Below are positions 59,986 to 64,000 of a stretch of DNA of 64,000 nucleotides, piece by piece. Within the stretch, counting starts at the first letter, position 1; every line of letters begins with the position of its first letter. A model generated the notes under the pieces. It saw nothing but the letters and a program-made list of their open reading frames with translations, was not told the origin of the DNA and made no database searches. Origin of the DNA: Fistulifera solaris (Eukaryota); NCBI GenBank assembly GCA_030295235.1, contig AP026123.1:682001-746000 (forward strand), written 5' to 3'. Both the position numbers and the translations under genes were made by a program.

Positions 59986-61147
59986 TTATTGTTTTCTTCT
60001 CGCTTCGATTGCGCGTTGATCGACTGCCCGTTGTACAACTCGTCCTGGTTCTCGTAGATCCGGAGTATTGGTCTTGGGGACCAAAATTTGCAGGTCGGAA
60101 AAGGATTGAAGTGACTTTTGAGTAGTGGCATCTATGACAGCCCAATCGTTGGGATAGCACCGTTGTAGGTGTCCTACGACTTGCGAATTGTAGGTCAGTG
60201 GTTTCAAGTAGTAGGCCATGGTGGCAGTATCGGGGACGCTTTTGGTGTCCTGAGAGAAATAATTGTTGTAAGTCAAGTGCAGAGTCGAAACGGCAAATCA
60301 TCGCGATTCATTTATTATGACCGACCTTGGCAAATCCATTCACCAGAACGACAGCTTTGCATAGTTTCGCTAGTTGTTTGGCATTCTCGTAATCAGTTTG
60401 CACACACGGAGCGAGAACAATGCAAACATCTGTCTTTTAACGTTTGTTGGTAAACCATTTTTCAAGGAATGCACATTGGTTGTTACTTTCTTGGCCTTTT
60501 GTGCGAAATTCATCGAAGCAGTGGCACTGGTGATGAGCCACGTGTTGGGCCCCAAAATCCCAGAAATCGATTTGACGAGCTTGGAACAGAAAGCTAGGTT
60601 TGCCTTTTTGTGTTATCGTCGGTATGACGCATCGTGAGGACCTCCTCGTTTGAATAGGCGCAAAGTAGCCAAATTGGTCATGACGAACTTACATCATCAA
60701 CTTGATTTGCAGAACGCATGGATCCGTCTCCTAATTTATTAAGTGATCCCAACGGAGGAAACTCGCATTCAATCAGAGGAAAAGCTTTAGTTTTAGGATT
60801 GGAAATTGCTGCTTTAATGGATGAAATGGCTTGCTTGTCACTGTTTGCGATCGTTCATTGTGAGAATGACAAAACAGCAGTGATGAGAAGAAAACGCGTG
60901 CTACTAGTCTTTCATTTCCGAGACGTCATGCTGGGACGTACCGAGCGGAAATAGAAGATGGAATGATTGTGCCACCTCCGCCTGCGGCAAACAAACCGTC
61001 CATGAATTGCGTTTGCAGCGTGGTGTCGGTGGGTCGTCGACTTTTCGCGAAGCGAAAGCCCGTCTTTGGTAATCCAAACGACGATACGGCGTCAAAAATG
61101 CATAGCAGAATGAATCCACCAGTCAACGCGAACAGATTTCTAAGCAT
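59986..61147 (-). CDS. Plastid-targeted DUF1995-like protein, multi-exon
   Basis: Leader ending VSSF; exons read IECEFPPLGSLNKLGDGS, ANLAFCSKL...WLI and AYYLKPL...GHLQRCYPNDW. Confidence 0.7.
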
Positions 61148-61434
61148 CCTTTACTCTGGCTAGGTGAATTGTCAGATAAACATGGATGTGAGGACGAGAC
61201 GACGCAACAAATACTCCTAAAAAGTAAGTTTGTGTCCATGTCGCAGTGCTTGTATATATTTATCACTATAGGCTAATGTGTCAAAGACTTTTTTTACGAC
61301 TGCAAATCAGTCATGAATTAGCGAAAAAGTGCCGGGTGCTAAGTTACCTAAATCGATAAAATTACTACGCAGCCTACGTGATATCCCAAAAGAATTTTTC
61401 TCAATTGTGTGTCATGACTACGTAGTAAGGTTTA

Positions 61435-62870
61435 CTGTTACAATCCAGTCTTGGCTGGCGTAAACCAACACTCCGTTTCATAGTGGAAAAATCAAGGTGT
61501 CGGTCCTCGGATTTTCGACGTGAAAATAAAAGAAACTTTTAGCAAGTAGTTCAGAATCATCATTGTTGCGACTTTCACTACCCGTAATTATAATTATATA
61601 TTCGCAGTTGAATGACAATGGACGGATGCGAGAGACGCGAAACGCAAAACGGAACCCTTTGTTGTTCGGTTCATGACTACTGTACAATCCAGTCTTGGCT
61701 GGCGTAAACCAACACTCCGTTTCATAGTGGAAAATCAAGGTGTCGGTCCTCGGATTTTCGACGTGAAAATAAAAGAAACTTTTAGCAAGTAGTTCAGAAT
61801 CATCATTGTTGCGACTTTGACTACCCGTAATTATAATTATATTCGCAGTTGAATGACAATGGACGGATGCGAGAGACGCGAAACGCAAAACGGAACCCTT
61901 TGTTGTTCGGTTCATGACTACTGTACAATCCAGTCTTGGCTGGCGTAAACCAACACTCCGTTTGATAGTGGAAAATCAAGGTGTCGGTCCTCGGATTTTC
62001 GACGTGAAAATAAAAGAAACTTTTAGCAAGTAGTTCAGAATCATCATTGTTGCGACTTTCACTACCCGTAATTATAATTATATTCGCAGTTGAATGACAA
62101 TGGACGGATGCGAGAGACGCGAAACGCAAAACGGAACCCTTTGTTGTTCGGTTCATGACTACTGTACAATCCAATCTTGGCTGGCGTAAACCAACACTCC
62201 GTTTCATAGTGGAAAATCAAGGTGTCGGTCCTCGGATTTTCGACGTGAAAATAAAAGAAACTTTTAGCAAGTAGTTCAGAATCATCATTGTTGCGACTTT
62301 AACTACCCGTAATTATAATTATATTCGCAGTTGAATGACAATGGACGGATGCGAGAGACGCGAAACGCAAAACGGAATCCTTTGTTGTTCGGTTCATGAC
62401 TACTGTACAATCCAGTCTTGGCTGGCGTAAACCAACACTCCGTTTCATAGTGGAAAAATCAAGGTGTCGGTCCTCGGATTTTCGACGTGAAAATAAAAGA
62501 AACTTTTAGCAAGTAGTTCAGAATCATCATTGTTGCGACTTTAACTACCCGTAATTATAATTATATTCGCAGTTGAATGACAATGGACGGATGCGAGAGA
62601 TGCGAAACGCAAAACGGAACCCTTTGTTGTTCGGGTTCATGACTACTGTACAATCCAGTCTTGGCTGGCGTAAACCAACACTCCGTTTCATAGTGGAAAA
62701 TCAAGGTGTCGGTCCTCGGATTTTCGACGTGAAAATAAAAGAATCTTTTAGCAAGTAGTTCAGAATCATCATTGTTGCGACTTTGACTACCCGTAATTAT
62801 AATTATATTCGCAGTTGAATGACAATGGACGGATGCGAGAGAGCGCGAAAACGCAATACGGATCCCTTTT
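61435..62870. repeat. Satellite, ~6 near-identical copies of a ~241-bp unit (partial continuation 63331-63403)
   Basis: CAATCCA(G/A)TCTTGGCTGGCG recurs at 61441, 61685, 61926, 62167, 62408 and 62651. Confidence 0.95.
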
Positions 62871-63330
62871 CTCGGCCCTTGAGGCAGAGACTTCTCTTGG
62901 ACAACAATCATCTAACCTCCTGGTTAGTCAATCACCGCGCGAATATCTTAAGATACCACACAATATGGAAAGAGAAAAACGATCGACTCCAGTTACAACT
63001 CAACTTCACACTCCCAGAACCCAACTTACCAGCATCGGAATTCACAACACAACGACACCAACGATTCAATTCGGACCAAGAACCATCAAACAACACACAA
63101 GTCACCACATCTTTACCAGAATCGGCGCTCAACGCGAACCCAAACTAATCATTAAGCCGACGGACCAGGCCGCAACTTTTATTCTGAATCAGATGGCAGC
63201 CCCCCTGCTCATTGTCTCGGCGATGTCTTGGCAATCTGAGTTCTAGACTTAGTCTAGAGACGGATTGTGTCACGGTTCTGTCATAGGGATAGGAAATAAG
63301 CACGCTAAACTCTCAATTTTTATTTTTATT
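62870..63330 (+). mobile_element. Probable 5'-truncated non-LTR retrotransposon fragment inserted in the satellite
   Basis: Interrupts a unit exactly between CCCTTT and TGTTGTTCGG; contains a C/A-rich ORF tail, a UTR-like stretch and a (TTTTA)n end. Confidence 0.55.
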
Positions 63331-63593
63331 TGTTGTTCGGTTCATGACTACACTGTACAATCCAGTCTTGGCTGGCGTAAATTGACACTACGTTTTATAG
63401 TGGTGCGTTTTATCTTCGCTCTTTTTCAACGTATGGATTTCAAACCGATTGCAAGTTGCAAGCAACGTCTCCTAGTGTGGACAGGCTATGTTAGTTCAGT
63501 TTATGTTGACATTGCATGGTGAGAGTAGATGATGATTTCGGTGCAACACTCATAATCGAGTGCAGCTTGTAGCAGGAAAGAACAACACGCACG

Positions 63594-64000
63594 ATGATCG
63601 TTTCGCTTACTAAAATCGTTGCAGCAACCCTCACAATTCTTGTAACGACGCTAGACGATTGTGTGTGGTTAGCACCTTTGTCGCGAAACGAGAGACCGCA
63701 TTCTGTCATGGAAGTCTGTTTGTTGTATCATTGACAAGCATGGCCATTGTCGTCACTGGAGCAACTTGCTTGTTTTCGAGTCGCCTGCCCTTTTCGGAAA
63801 TCGTTTTGCAGGGGACCGGAGCGCTCCTCTGCTGGTTGCTGGCAGGATACCTTCTCTATCGTTCTCTGCAAAAACAAACAAGACGACAACAACAACAGCA
63901 ATCATTTGACCCAAATGAAGCAATGCCTCTTGTTACGCCGCCCAGCAGTCAAATTGGTGCCATTGATGATGACGTAACACAACCATGGATGGTTGTTACA
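63594..64000 (+). CDS. Partial, frameshifted membrane protein (CadD/LysE-like LDD motif), cut by the window end
   Basis: ATLTILVTTLDDCVWLAP; later frames give HGSLFVVSL and ALLCWLLAGYLLYR. Confidence 0.45.

Overview
Gene-dense eukaryotic DNA, most likely from a pennate diatom. The evidence is short GT-AG introns of about 70-130 bp, bipartite signal-peptide/F-motif plastid leaders and diatom-like proteins. About 30 protein-coding genes are visible, including thioredoxin, adenylate kinase, a La-related protein, XPB, SmG, beta-COP, RPF1, an AEC/PIN-like transporter, acetoacetyl-CoA synthetase, RPC7, Mpv17, a USP and a fatty acid elongase. Many genes carry single-base frameshifts in homopolymer runs, which fits an unpolished long-read assembly. 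Highlights: (1) a ~10 kb cluster (13.9-23.5 kb) of five uncharacterised genes sharing a repeated W-x-K-P-x-W...G-x-x-(I/L)-(R/K)-x-G-x-x-L-x-K-P-I-T module whose second half resembles the WH2 actin-binding motif; (2) a short, apparently plastid-targeted true [FeFe]-hydrogenase near a plastid-type acetoacetyl-CoA synthetase; (3) a CCR4/Angel-type EEP enzyme with a Mut7-C RNase domain inserted inside it; (4) an actinobacterial-like YbhB/YbcL gene; (5) related 52-bp palindromic satellites (one arranged as a 210-bp higher-order repeat), a 241-bp satellite interrupted by a probable 5'-truncated non-LTR retroelement, and a dispersed CTATAG/hairpin terminal motif. All calls come from reading the sequence only; no searches were run.
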